Shown here: positions 54,001-64,000 of the stretch, piece by piece | How the letters are laid out: each line of letters starts with the position of its first letter | Numbering within the stretch: position 1 is the first letter of the stretch | Made by a program: the position numbers and the translations under genes | DNA from: Paragordius varius | Taxonomy: Eukaryota > Animalia > Nematomorpha | Direction: 5' to 3' | Assembly: GCA_964247055.1 (NCBI GenBank) | Contig: OZ176051.1 | Location: 3,720,001 to 3,784,000, forward strand | Length of the DNA stretch: 64,000 nucleotides | Notes under the pieces: model-generated | The model's database searches: none | Told to the model about the DNA's origin: nothing | Seen by the model: the letters and a program-made list of their open reading frames with translations, nothing else

Positions 54001-57000
54001 AATATCTATAATTATATATCTTTCGTATGAATACCTCTATTCGAACAAATTAATTATTAATTTTAGCCAATTCGATTCTTAAAATAAATATAGTGCTTAA
54101 GAGGCAACGTCAGACCGTTTATTATAACCGCTCTAATATTTAGCTCCATTTTTGAAAATTTTTAATGTTGAAAGCTCTTTTATTTCAAGTGAATTCCATA
54201 TTTTATTGCGTAGATATTGTAATATTTATAATCAAAAATACTTTACCTATCATGAAGTGTTTCCATAAAGTATGATCCCATACCGGAACCAGTTCCTCCA
54301 GCAATCGAGTGGCATATAACAAAGGCCTTGACATAAAAAAAATAATAGTCAATAAATGATTCAATGCTAAAATATTAAAATATACAGCAAAAAGGTGCGT
54401 ATATAGTGAATATTGATCATAAAGCTACTTGATACTTGATACTTGATGGCTTTTTGTCTTCAATTTTGAAGGTGGCCGTGAACGGTCTTATTCCAAAGGT
54501 CCTTATCTAGACATTTGGTAATGTCGAGGTTTAGGGTTTTTATGTCATTTTTAATGTTGTCGCTCCAGGAATGTGTTGGGCGCCCTTTGCGGTTGTTTCC
54601 AAAGGGTTGTATGTGCTTGATGGTTTGGAGTGGGTGGTCGGTTTGTCTTCTTTCAATGTGACCCAAGTATTTAAGCCTGCTTCTTTGTATAAACTTTTCT
54701 ACTGTGTCATTTTTGTGTTTAAGATGAATATTGTAGTCAGAACAGCAAGCTTTAATTATTTTATTTTCCGTATTTATCATTTTGTCAAGATTTGTTTTGT
54801 TTAGGGGCCATGTTTCGGTGGCGTAAGTAAGAGCTGGTCTGACACCTGCTTTGTATATTAGCCATTTATTATTGTTAGATACATTTTTATTTTTAAGGAC
54901 AAATTTTAGGGAATTGACTTTACCCCATGCTTGTTGGATACGTTTCCGTATTGCTCCAGTTACATGACCTTTAGAGTCTATGACGTCTCCTAGGTATGTA
55001 AACTGGTCTACTATTTCTATTGAGTTTTCGTCGATTGTCATATATGTCGAGCGTGTTTGAGTTGTATTATTGTTTTTACAGTTGTCACATTTAAAGTTTA
55101 TTTGTTCGTTGAGTTTGCCGGTGATTTTGGAGCATTTTTTGTGAACCCAGAATTTGCATTTGTTGCATTTTATTGAATTTGTTTTGACCTCTTTGTCGCA
55201 GATGGCGCATGGATATTTGGGGCGCTGCGTACGATCTCCTGATATCATTATTTTTGTTTTATTAATATTTATTTTCAGCCCATGGTTTTCTAAACAGATT
55301 TTCCATGTTCTGAATTTGTTTGAGATGTTTTCCATTGAAGTATCTGTTAAAACGATATCATCCGCGAAGATTAACTCCCAGGGCGGTTGAGTAGATATGT
55401 TTTTTGTTATACTGTCTAATATTATAATGAATAGTAATGGACTAAGTACAGACCCTTGGTGTAGGCCAGTGTTTGTCTTGAAAGGTTCCGTGTCTCCTAT
55501 TTGCGTGCGTACCATTGTAGTTGTATTTTCATAAAGGAGTAATATTATTTCTATTAAATATTCTTCGATGTAATTTTGTCTTAGGGCCCATTTGATTGTT
55601 GCCCTAGGGATATTATCAAAAGCTTTCTCCAGGTCTAGAAATATGTGGAAAAGTTTTTGATTTTTTGAAAGGTATTTTTCCTGTAGCTGCCTGATTATGA
55701 AGATGGCATCTGTGGTGCTGTGTTCTTTACGAAATGCAAACTGGTTATTTGATATTGTAATGGTTTGTCTAAGGCGATTGTCAATGATGCTTTCAAATAT
55801 TTTGAATGTGTGTTCTAAAAGTTTTAAGGGGCGGTATGAGGAGCAGACGAGACGATCCCCCTTATTTTTATATATAGGGATCGTTATACTTTTATTCCAG
55901 TCATGGGGAATTTCACGTTTGGTAAGAATTTCATTAAAAAAAGTTGTTAGGTAGGATGTTAAGCATGGTATTGGTTTAAGCAGATCGATTGATAGTTCGC
56001 TGGCACCTGACGACTTGTTTGGCTTCATTTTTTGTATTGCTTTTAATACTTCATTTTCTGTAATATCGTGGATGGGTCCGCTCGTGGGTGGTTTTAGTGT
56101 TAGAGGGATTTTTAAATTGTTGGTTTGGTTCATTGATTTTTCTAAGCTTTCTTTCCATATCTTGATTACACTTTCTGGGTTTGAGATTATTTCATTCATA
56201 TTGTTTTTTATACATTTGGTTTTAATGATGTCTTGTTTGTTTGAGTTTATATTCTTTATGTATTTAAAGATTTTTTTATTTTTAACCTGGTCCTCTAGTT
56301 TACTGGCCAGTTTTAGGCAATTTTCATTTATAGTTTTTCTAATTTCTTTCTGCGCTTTGTGTTTTGCGATCAGATATGTTTGTCTGTTTTTATCGTTGCT
56401 ATCCCTTTTCCATGCTTTGAAGGCGTCGTTTTTTTCTTTAGTAACCTCTTTTAATTCCTTTTTCCACCACCAATTTTTCTTTTTTCTATTGTATGGTTTG
56501 CATCTCCCACAAATATTATCTGCTGTTTTAACTATTGTTTTTAGGTTATCCCATCTTGAACTAATGGATTCATTGTTTTGCTGGAGCTTTTCGGATGCCT
56601 GGTTGATGTATTTGTTCCTGGTTGTTTGATTTTGTAGTTTATTGTGGTTGATTTTGGCAGGTCTTTGGTATAAGGGTTTAGTTTTTAGTGTTTTCAAGAC
56701 TGCAATCACTATTTTGTGTTGAGTGAAGCTAGTTTGATGAGTTTTAATGTTAAGTAATTGTGGCCGTTTTATTTTAGGCAAAAGGATATAATCGATCATG
56801 GTAGATGAGTTTGCTGTTTGAAAAGTGGTAAGTTGATTGTGGTTTTTTGTGAAGTGGGTGTTGGCTATGATTAGTTGGTTTGCTTGGCAATATTCTAACA
56901 TCTGTTCTCCCATCTTGTCAGTACTGCCATAGCCGTTTCCACCATGGACTTCCCTGAAATCGTGTTCATTATTACTGATGTGACTATTGAAGTCACCTCC

Positions 57001-58504
57001 TAAGAAGATGGATTCCTTGCCTGGTATTGTATTTGTTAGATCTTGAAGTTCCGTCCAAAATTGTTGTTTAATTTCGTCTTTTAAACCTGGTTGGGGCGCG
57101 TATATCGATATTATATTTAGGATGTAGTCATCGTGCACAACCTTAAGCTGTATTATTCTTTCATTGTGTCTCGTTACTTGGATAACGTTTTCGCGAAGAC
57201 AATTTTTAATCGCTATTGCTACACCAGCCTGACCATTTTCTTGTCCTTGATAATAGAGTGTGTAATTGTTCGTGGTAATTAAGTTGTCTCCTTTTAATCT
57301 GGTTTCTTGTAAGCAGCAGATGTCGACATTCTTAGATTCGAGAAAATCAATTATCATGTGTAGTTTTCCATTTAAAGTACCGATGTTCCAGGTAGCGAAT
57401 TTAAATGTGTTGAGATTATTCATAATTCAGGTGTCGTGTTTTTTATATTGTTATATCAGTTTATTATTATTATAATTATTCGGTATTGGTATCGTTATGA
57501 TGAAATAAAAAGTATTAAATTAATTGGTAGGAGGATTTTGTAATGAAGATATAATGTTAATAGTAAGAAAAATTAAATAAGTAAATATATATTATTGTTA
57601 TGATCGTAGGTAGAAGTTATTAATAATGTAATATCAATTATTATTATCGTTTCGTTTGAGAGTAAGTAGTTTTTGAATAAGACGTGTTCATGGTGTATAG
57701 GTTGAGGCGAGGTTTTTACTTTTCACATGCCCTTGTGAAAAAACTCCTTACGGAGTAGATGTTTTTGCAGAACATCCAAAACTGGCCTCTGCTGTTCGTT
57801 CACCAAAGGTGATCCGACCAACACCGCGGGGAGGTAGCAGTAGGACTTTGTTGGTCTGATCATAAAGCGTAAATTATTTAATTTATTAGTCAAAGTTTAT
57901 ATATGTAACTATATAATTATCATCGTATTTTATAAATATCTAAAATACTTGTAAAAATAAAATTATTTAATAAAATATCGCTAGCATTTTTTATAATTAA
58001 GTTATTTACTTCTAAGCTATCGCTGTTATCGGCTTCTCGATCAATAATTTCAAATATATCTTCACTTAATTTCCCAGCCTATATTGTAATTTAAATCCTA
58101 CTTGGGAATATCCACTGGCCCAATTATTTCCAGCACCACCCCCATGTTCAGAAAGATAAATATTTTCTCGGTTGAATAAATCTTTATTGGTGGAACTTAA
58201 AATTGAGTTTATTACTCTGGGTTCCAAATCCAATAGAATAGCTCGCGGTATATAATGTTGATCATCGGACTAAAGTTTTTAAGACACAAAAACTTGATAG
58301 AAGAAAACGTCTTTTCTATCAATGCCTTCTGTTACAAAGTCCTCCAAAGTTCCTTCTAAAAAATATAACAATACATATTATACTTGGTGTAATACCGTGC
58401 TCTTTGCACAGTGTTTTCCAAAACTCTAAACCAACTAAAATAACAAAATCCTAACTTTGATTTCCACATTGTCCAATTTGTAATGTTATAATTTCTCGGG
58501 GCAT
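51083..58504 (-). CDS. TUBG1: Gamma-tubulin, 11 exons
   Basis: [16 protein letters not shown]|[14 protein letters not shown]|[108 protein letters not shown]; TAG at 51083-51085. Confidence 0.97.
54460..57423 (-). CDS. RTE ORF: APE endonuclease, reverse transcriptase and a PHD-like zinc finger
   Basis: [23 protein letters not shown] (APE); [34 protein letters not shown] (RT); CAIC..CNKC..WVHKKC..CDNC insertion; FTYLG and KYLGHIERR downstream. Confidence 0.95.
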   Translation of the reverse strand: MNNLNTFKFATWNIGTLNGKLHMIIDFLESKNVDICCLQETRLKGDNLITTNNYTLYYQGQENGQAGVAIAIKNCLRENVIQVTRHNERIIQLKVVHDDYILNIISIYAPQPGLKDEIKQQFWTELQDLTNTIPGKESIFLGGDFNSHISNNEHDFREVHGGNGYGSTDKMGEQMLEYCQANQLIIANTHFTKNHNQLTTFQTANSSTMIDYILLPKIKRPQLLNIKTHQTSFTQHKIVIAVLKTLKTKPLYQRPAKINHNKLQNQTTRNKYINQASEKLQQNNESISSRWDNLKTIVKTADNICGRCKPYNRKKKNWWWKKELKEVTKEKNDAFKAWKRDSNDKNRQTYLIAKHKAQKEIRKTINENCLKLASKLEDQVKNKKIFKYIKNINSNKQDIIKTKCIKNNMNEIISNPESVIKIWKESLEKSMNQTNNLKIPLTLKPPTSGPIHDITENEVLKAIQKMKPNKSSGASELSIDLLKPIPCLTSYLTTFFNEILTKREIPHDWNKSITIPIYKNKGDRLVCSSYRPLKLLEHTFKIFESIIDNRLRQTITISNNQFAFRKEHSTTDAIFIIRQLQEKYLSKNQKLFHIFLDLEKAFDNIPRATIKWALRQNYIEEYLIEIILLLYENTTTMVRTQIGDTEPFKTNTGLHQGSVLSPLLFIIILDSITKNISTQPPWELIFADDIVLTDTSMENISNKFRTWKICLENHGLKININKTKIMISGDRTQRPKYPCAICDKEVKTNSIKCNKCKFWVHKKCSKITGKLNEQINFKCDNCKNNNTTQTRSTYMTIDENSIEIVDQFTYLGDVIDSKGHVTGAIRKRIQQAWGKVNSLKFVLKNKNVSNNNKWLIYKAGVRPALTYATETWPLNKTNLDKMINTENKIIKACCSDYNIHLKHKNDTVEKFIQRSRLKYLGHIERRQTDHPLQTIKHIQPFGNNRKGRPTHSWSDNIKNDIKTLNLDITKCLDKDLWNKTVHGHLQN
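57786..57856 (-). ncRNA. HDV-like self-cleaving ribozyme at the exact 5' end of the RTE element
   Basis: Minus-strand read: P1 GACCAAC (57856-57850) / GUUGGUC (57822-57816); P2 CUGCU / AGCAG plus CCU / AGG; P3 ACC / GGU; L3 UCCCCGC; GG for P1.1; P4 UCACC-UUU-GGUGA; J4/2 ACGAAC with candidate catalytic C at 57798. Folded by eye. Confidence 0.88.
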
Positions 58505-58769
58505 TTAAATAATGCGCTTAACACATTGAATAAGGAATGTACTATTTATACCATTTTTATCAAAATGATTAGTACAAATTGGGAAAAAATACTTTAGAAT
58601 TTTAATTTAAATGTTTGTTGACTTTTAAGTTTTGGTAATTTAAAAAAAATTATATTTAACACAAAAACATATATTTTAACCAACTTTCTGAGGTGATTAA
58701 AATTAGCACAATTGAATTATGTAGAAAAAGGTTTTTTTATTACTTCGATATTTAAATTAGGATTTCTAA

Positions 58770-59215
58770 ACGTCTATCCTAATAAAAATTATATAAATAT
58801 GCCAATATATCCAACTAAAATTTTGTTTGCAAAAAAAGTTCCATGTCAAACTACTTCAACGCCATTTATTTCACAAAATTTTGCAAAATATCGTTAAGTT
58901 TTAAGGGTAAAATTAAAGCTAATTTTGTATTTAAATTACATTTAACATTTTTATATATAGAAAAAGTGGGTTTTTTTGTATTATTTTTTAATTTTAACAT
59001 TGCACATGTCACGTTGACTAAATTTTTACCTTTGGGTTTTAGCTCAAGATAAGTAACATCAAGTATTAAGTAAAATTTATTATATATGTGCAAAATTTTG
59101 CCATGATTTCGATTCCTTCTATATTTTTTAAAGAATTCAATTTTAAACAGGCCTGGGGTATTCAACTAACCCAATTTGAATCGAAGGACAAAACTGAATG
59201 TTTTGTATACAAGTG
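58770..59215 (+). mobile_element. 5'-eroded TTAA-MITE copy upstream of gamma-tubulin
   Basis: Internal CTATCCTAATAAAAATT...AAAGTTCCATGTCAAACTACTTC and right end GGGGTATTCAACTAACCCAATTTGAATCGAAGG...ACAAGTG|TTAA. Left boundary approximate. Confidence 0.7.
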
Positions 59216-59219
59216 TTAA

Positions 59220-59866
59220 ACTAGGGTATCTAAAAGATTTATGTATAATAATAAATATTATATGAATAAGCCAAAATATTTAAATAAAATTAGTTTTTGG
59301 AAAAAGGTTCTGCATCAAATTTGGACGCCATTTTTTTCAACATTTATGAAAATATCGTGTTTATTTGATTCTAAGCCTAAAATTAGGTATATTTTTTTAT
59401 TAAAATTACATGTCACATTGATATAAAAAATTGGTAAATTTTACATTATTTTTATATCTAGTGCACACATGTCATGATGGTGGCTGCTTTAGGTTTTACC
59501 TTTGACTAAGTACAGTCATGTAGGTTTATAAATGTCAAACATAGGTTTTTAATTGATGTTACTTTGTATTTAATTGTTTACAAGAAATAGGCTATTATTT
59601 TTTTAAGGCTTAAAAATGCGCATGTTGAAGTTGACATATCAAACATCATAACAATCAAAACAAAGAATCAATTAAAAACGTATGTTTGACATTTATAAAA
59701 ATACATGACTGTAATAAGTATTTTTGAACGAATTTTATTATATATAAGTGCAAACTTTTGCCATGGTTTCAATTTATATTATTTTTTGAAATATTTTATA
59801 CAAGCCTGAGGTATCTAATACGTTAATTCCATAGAAGGACTGAAATAAATGTGTTGTATCCAAATG
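59220..59866 (+). mobile_element. Diverged TTAA-MITE copy carrying a nested TA-MITE
   Basis: Family body and right end (...TGTATCCAAATG|TTAA), interrupted at 59513-59711. Confidence 0.65.
59513..59711. mobile_element. Tc1/mariner-type MITE
   Basis: TA|CAGTCATGTAGGTTTATAAATGTCAAACATA ... TATGTTTGACATTTATAAAAATACATGACTG|TA; arms about 45 bp. Confidence 0.82.
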
Positions 59867-59979
59867 TTAAAGCGTTTTGGCGTTTCCATCACTCAACATA
59901 TATTAATTACGATCCAACTAATTTAAAAAAAATTAAATTTAGGAAAAGGTATGAATTTTGTGAAATTAATTTTAGTTAA

Positions 59980-60528
59980 CACTTCGATTCAAATTGGGGT
60001 ATCCAAATACCCCAGACTAAATTTAAATTAAAATTTTTAAAAAACTACTGAAGGAAACGGTCCCAATTTAAATTTATGCTTCTATCCTGATATATATTAT
60101 ATATACATATGCCAAAATCTTGATAAAATTTTGTTTTGAAAAAAAAGTTCCATTTATTTTACAAAAATTTTGCAAAACGTCCTCATTTAATTTTAAGGGT
60201 AAATCTAAAGATTATTTTTTAATTACACAACATTGATATAAATAGAAAAAGCGGTTTATTTAGTATTATTTTTTAATTTTACAATTTGACACATGTCACG
60301 TTGACTAAATTTTTACCTTTCAGTTTTAGCTCAAAATAAGTAATATCAAGTATTTTTGAATAAAATTTTTTATATATTTCGGTTTATTAATGTTATGTAA
60401 GTGCAAAATTTTGGCATGGTTTCGATTACTGCCATACTTTTTAAAGTATTTAATTTTAAACAGGCCTGGGGTATCCAACTACCCCAATTTGAATCGAAGG
60501 ACTAAAATGAGTGTGTTGTATCCAAGTG
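59980..60528 (+). mobile_element. Intact TTAA-flanked (piggyBac-like) MITE, 549 bp
   Basis: TTAA|CACTTCGATTC ... TATCCAAGTG|TTAA; subterminal palindromes GGGGTATCCAAATACCCC and GGGGTATCCAACTACCCC. Confidence 0.85.
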
Positions 60529-63500
60529 TTAATATAGCAAAATTTATATATTTATTATTTTTATCGTGCAATCCGGAATTCTTGCGTCCAAAAACTTCCC
60601 CATTTTGGAAAAGTTAAAAAAATCGGGACTTTGGAGTCCTGATCAAAAAATTAATTATTTCTATTGTTTTGCTTTTTATTTGTAGTTTATAAATTTTAGT
60701 GGTATTCTTTGGAATGAAGCATTTAACTTTGCGCAAAAAAATATTTAAAAATTGTGGGTAAGTTTTGCAATTTTTCTGATATGGAGCACTTATCACAAAA
60801 GTGTAAATAATATTTTTATATTGAGCCATAACCAAAAGCACCATGATTATCCTGATACATTCCCTATCAGAATAACTATATTTCATCACATTTTTTGTGG
60901 ACAGTGATAAGGAGAGGAATAGCCGGCAAAGTAAATATGATAAAATACAAAAAATATAGTCCATGATATCAAACTTAACGAAATTAGACTAGGCAAATCT
61001 TTGATCATTTCAAGCATTTTACGCCACAAAGTGTTGGACACTAATGAAGGGACATGAAGATACAGCAATGCTTTTGTAATGTGGTGTTTAAAAAATTGCT
61101 TTATCTTAAAAATAAAGTTAAAAATTTGGAATTCCTTGATAAAATCGAATCTGAAATATCCATATGCGGTTTATGCTTAATCTCTCTTACTTCGCATCAC
61201 TAGAGCCAAAATCTTGGATTATCGGCTTATGTTGGTAGATGCAAAATGGGTTAAATTGATAGTTTATTAAACACACAAAGCTAACAATGCAACAGTTATT
61301 ATCCATCACACCTAACCATATAAACTGGCGTAACAACAATAACAAAATAGCGACAAATCTAGCTACATTTAAAGTTAAATTGAGTTTTGCTAAAAAATTT
61401 AAAAATGCTCATATTTTATTTCTAAATTTTGTTATAATTTTTTAAACAAAACCGACACTAATTTATTTTTATTCTTAAATCTCCTTATATATTTTAAATA
61501 GGAACTTTCTAGTTTAAGTAAAAATCTGATTTTTGCATTTTAAACGCTTAAATGCCAACGCAATTAGAAACAACAACTCATAAATTTTGCATTTTATAAA
61601 TATCTAATGATTTGCAAAGTTTTAGCCATTCTTCATAAGAAATTTTCTCAACGAAATTTTTAATAAAAGGGCATATTTAAAATCAGTTTTTTAGGTTAAT
61701 TCGTTTATTGCAACGCGATCCCCAAATTTTTTTCGGATTAAAAACTGGGGATCTCTATCCAAACGAAAATTAGAAAAACTATATTTGTAACCTTAATCGC
61801 CATGGAGGTTTGGGAGATACCATGATAATAAAGCTAAATTTGCATTAAAATTCCACAAAGCCAAAACACCATGAAAATTTTGCAATATTTTTGTTCGGGT
61901 ACTACCCCCGATTTCGTGCACTGCTTTTATTGATATCAAAAACAGAGTGCCAGTTAGTAAGACCAAATAATTTAAAATCGATATATTTTATCAATATATC
62001 TTTACAATCAATCAAAGTTTTTTGATGGTCAATGATAGTTGGTTATTAATATTAATATATTTTTCAATACGAACACATACATCTCAAAATATATTAAAAC
62101 AAAAACATCCAGAATGATTATTTATTGCTAAAACATGGATTAGGATTACATATTATTATCATTTTGAGATTAAAACAATTTTTTACTGAGACATATTTTT
62201 TATGCGAAAAATTTACCTCTTATTGAAAAATTTATATTAACTCACATACATTATGTGACATATTGATTAGAAATTTGTTTCAAAAGTAACTCTACATGTT
62301 GTAAATGGACATTATATAGATAGAGGGTAAACCATCGTTTTTTGGTTATTGATTTATAATAAGATATTTATTTTATATATATTTTGAAAATATTGGCCTC
62401 GATGGTTTCTATTTTTGATATTTTTAGGTTAGAAAACAGTTAATTATGTCGAAAATATATTGAAAAACTAAAAGGCTTTAAACACTTTATTACCTTTTTA
62501 TTTTTTTGTCCTAGTTTACCTTTTAGGGTAGTTTTATATACCAGAGCTAAATTTTGTAAATAAACTACAGTTTTAAAAGTTATTTAAGTTAAAATTTAAT
62601 TATGAAAATTTTTCTCATCTATTAGATAAAAAAAGCTTATATTTTTTACAGTTTTGTAACTTCTCTACCCTAAATTGGGACAGCTCCAAAACACGATTGA
62701 AACGAACAGCTGATAATATCAAAATATATCAAGTATTTGCTGGTAAAATATAGCCTGAAAGCTTTTAGAGTTATTTACATGCTAACTATAATATACATTT
62801 ATTTGCCTGTTGCATTAGCGATTTAACAATTTTTATAGAAAATTGGCGGAAAAAAAAAAATTTGTATAATGTGCAAAAAAAACTAAAGCATCCCTTAAAT
62901 ACTTTAAAATAATCAAATTTCGAATCGCTCTGGGATATAAAATCTCCCCAAAAGGTTATGTGTTGAGGTTCTATACTAACATATGAATATATGTAACCAG
63001 GTTTGATCATAAATATCATTAAATCCTAATAAGTAATGAAACAACCAAATGTCCCATATAATTATTTTTTAGTACGACATTTTTTGAAAAATTCAGTTTA
63101 CAAAAAGCTACTTTATGGTTTTATATTAGCATTAAATTATTAACATGGTCTGTCATATACACAGTTATAGCTCTTTCAGAATACATTTATCACTTTTAAG
63201 GAATAAACCAATAACTGTCTTACATAATTAATCATGTCACTAAAAATATTTTGTTTCAGATTAGCCATTTGGATATTAGGAAATATTGTTTTTTTCTGAT
63301 AATTAATATATCAATTATATAATTTCTAGATAATATTAACATCGTGGAAATTTTTTATTGCCATTTTTGTTTTTTATAATGGTGTATTCTGACTTTCAAT
63401 TATTGTAAAAAAATAATAATTTCCATTGAAAAATTTCTATCAACCATCACGGTTTTTATAAACCTTCAATCCAAAATATAATTTTAATTATATACTGCGG

Positions 63501-64000
63501 TTTATATGACCATATACTCTGACAATTAACTGATGGTAAGTAGTTTTTATACATTACATGCATGCTTCAAAATTTAACACCATTTCACAAATATGAATTA
63601 AAATTAAATTTGAAAATCCCAGGAATTTCCCTAACTTTTTGACTTTTAAATTAAAATTCTATATTTTTATTTCCATTTGGATATGTATACCTAATCCGTA
63701 AGTATTTAAGTTTTCTTGATATATAGGTATTAGATAAAATTTAATTAAATTTATTAGCATACATCAACTTGATATGATATGTAATTATTTTTATATTAAA
63801 ACTAAAACGTAAATTTAATTTAAATATAGTGTCAGCTTTTAAACATCTATATTCTCCAAATTGTCATCCATTAACTAAAAAATATATATAAAAAACTTAT
63901 TTCTCATAAATGGTAAATTTTACCTGTATTTTTTATTGTTTCAAGGAAACCTTAATTCCTTACGCTTTTGATTCTAACAAAAATAGTGGTTGATATTATG

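Larger units (their letters stand above)
54426..57856 (-). mobile_element. Full-length RTE-clade non-LTR retrotransposon (3431 bp) in gamma-tubulin intron 5, same strand as the host gene
   Basis: Perfect 12-bp TSD TGATCATAAAGC (54414-54425 and 57857-57868); 3' tail (TCAAGTA)3 at 54426-54446; single intact 987-aa APE+RT ORF; 433-nt 5' UTR. Confidence 0.95.

Noticed and set aside
54571-57475. Plus-strand ORFs of up to 204 aa opposite the RTE ORF
   Set aside because: Shadows of the A-rich coding strand, giving Phe/Leu-rich translations with no family features.
60700-61330. Possible decayed piggyBac transposase next to the TTAA-MITE cluster
   Set aside because: Only vague similarity with many stops; no catalytic motifs or TIRs could be fixed by eye.
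61812-61910. GGGAGATACCATGAT resembles U1 snRNA stem-loop I, with a T-rich Sm-like site downstream
   Set aside because: No 5' ACTTACCTG, no recognisable stem-loop II, and the spacing to the Sm-like site is much shorter than in U1; likely chance.
1-64000. Alternative genetic code, as in tiny-intron ciliates
   Set aside because: Long ORFs (987 and 747 aa) and conserved genes translate cleanly in the standard code and end in TAA, TAG or TGA at expected positions.

Overview
Very AT-rich (roughly 25% GC by eye) eukaryotic DNA in the standard genetic code, most likely from a protostome animal (peptide-type GPCR, ARID4, AGFG1). Intron sizes are bimodal: many 21-37 nt GT-AG introns alongside 0.2-3.7 kb introns filled with transposons. 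Dicyemid mesozoans are reported to have introns this short, but the taxon cannot be fixed from this window. Genes in order: a three-finger matrin/U1-type zinc-finger gene (+), ARID4 (-), an unidentified multi-exon gene (+), an intronless atypical class A GPCR (-), two small probably secreted proteins that may be paralogs (-), AGFG1 (-), an SRSF3/7-like RRM gene (+) and gamma-tubulin (-). The most notable object is an intact 3431-bp RTE-clade LINE with a perfect 12-bp TSD, inserted in sense orientation in gamma-tubulin intron 5. Its first base is G1 of a well-formed HDV-like self-cleaving ribozyme, which is followed by a three-hairpin cloverleaf, and its ORF carries a PHD-like finger after the RT core. 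The gamma-tubulin itself has a large M-loop-region insertion and a 65-aa acidic tail. hAT, TTAA (piggyBac-like), TA (Tc1/mariner-like) and foldback-type elements are abundant, including a three-level nest. All exon structures were read by hand, without RNA data or database searches.
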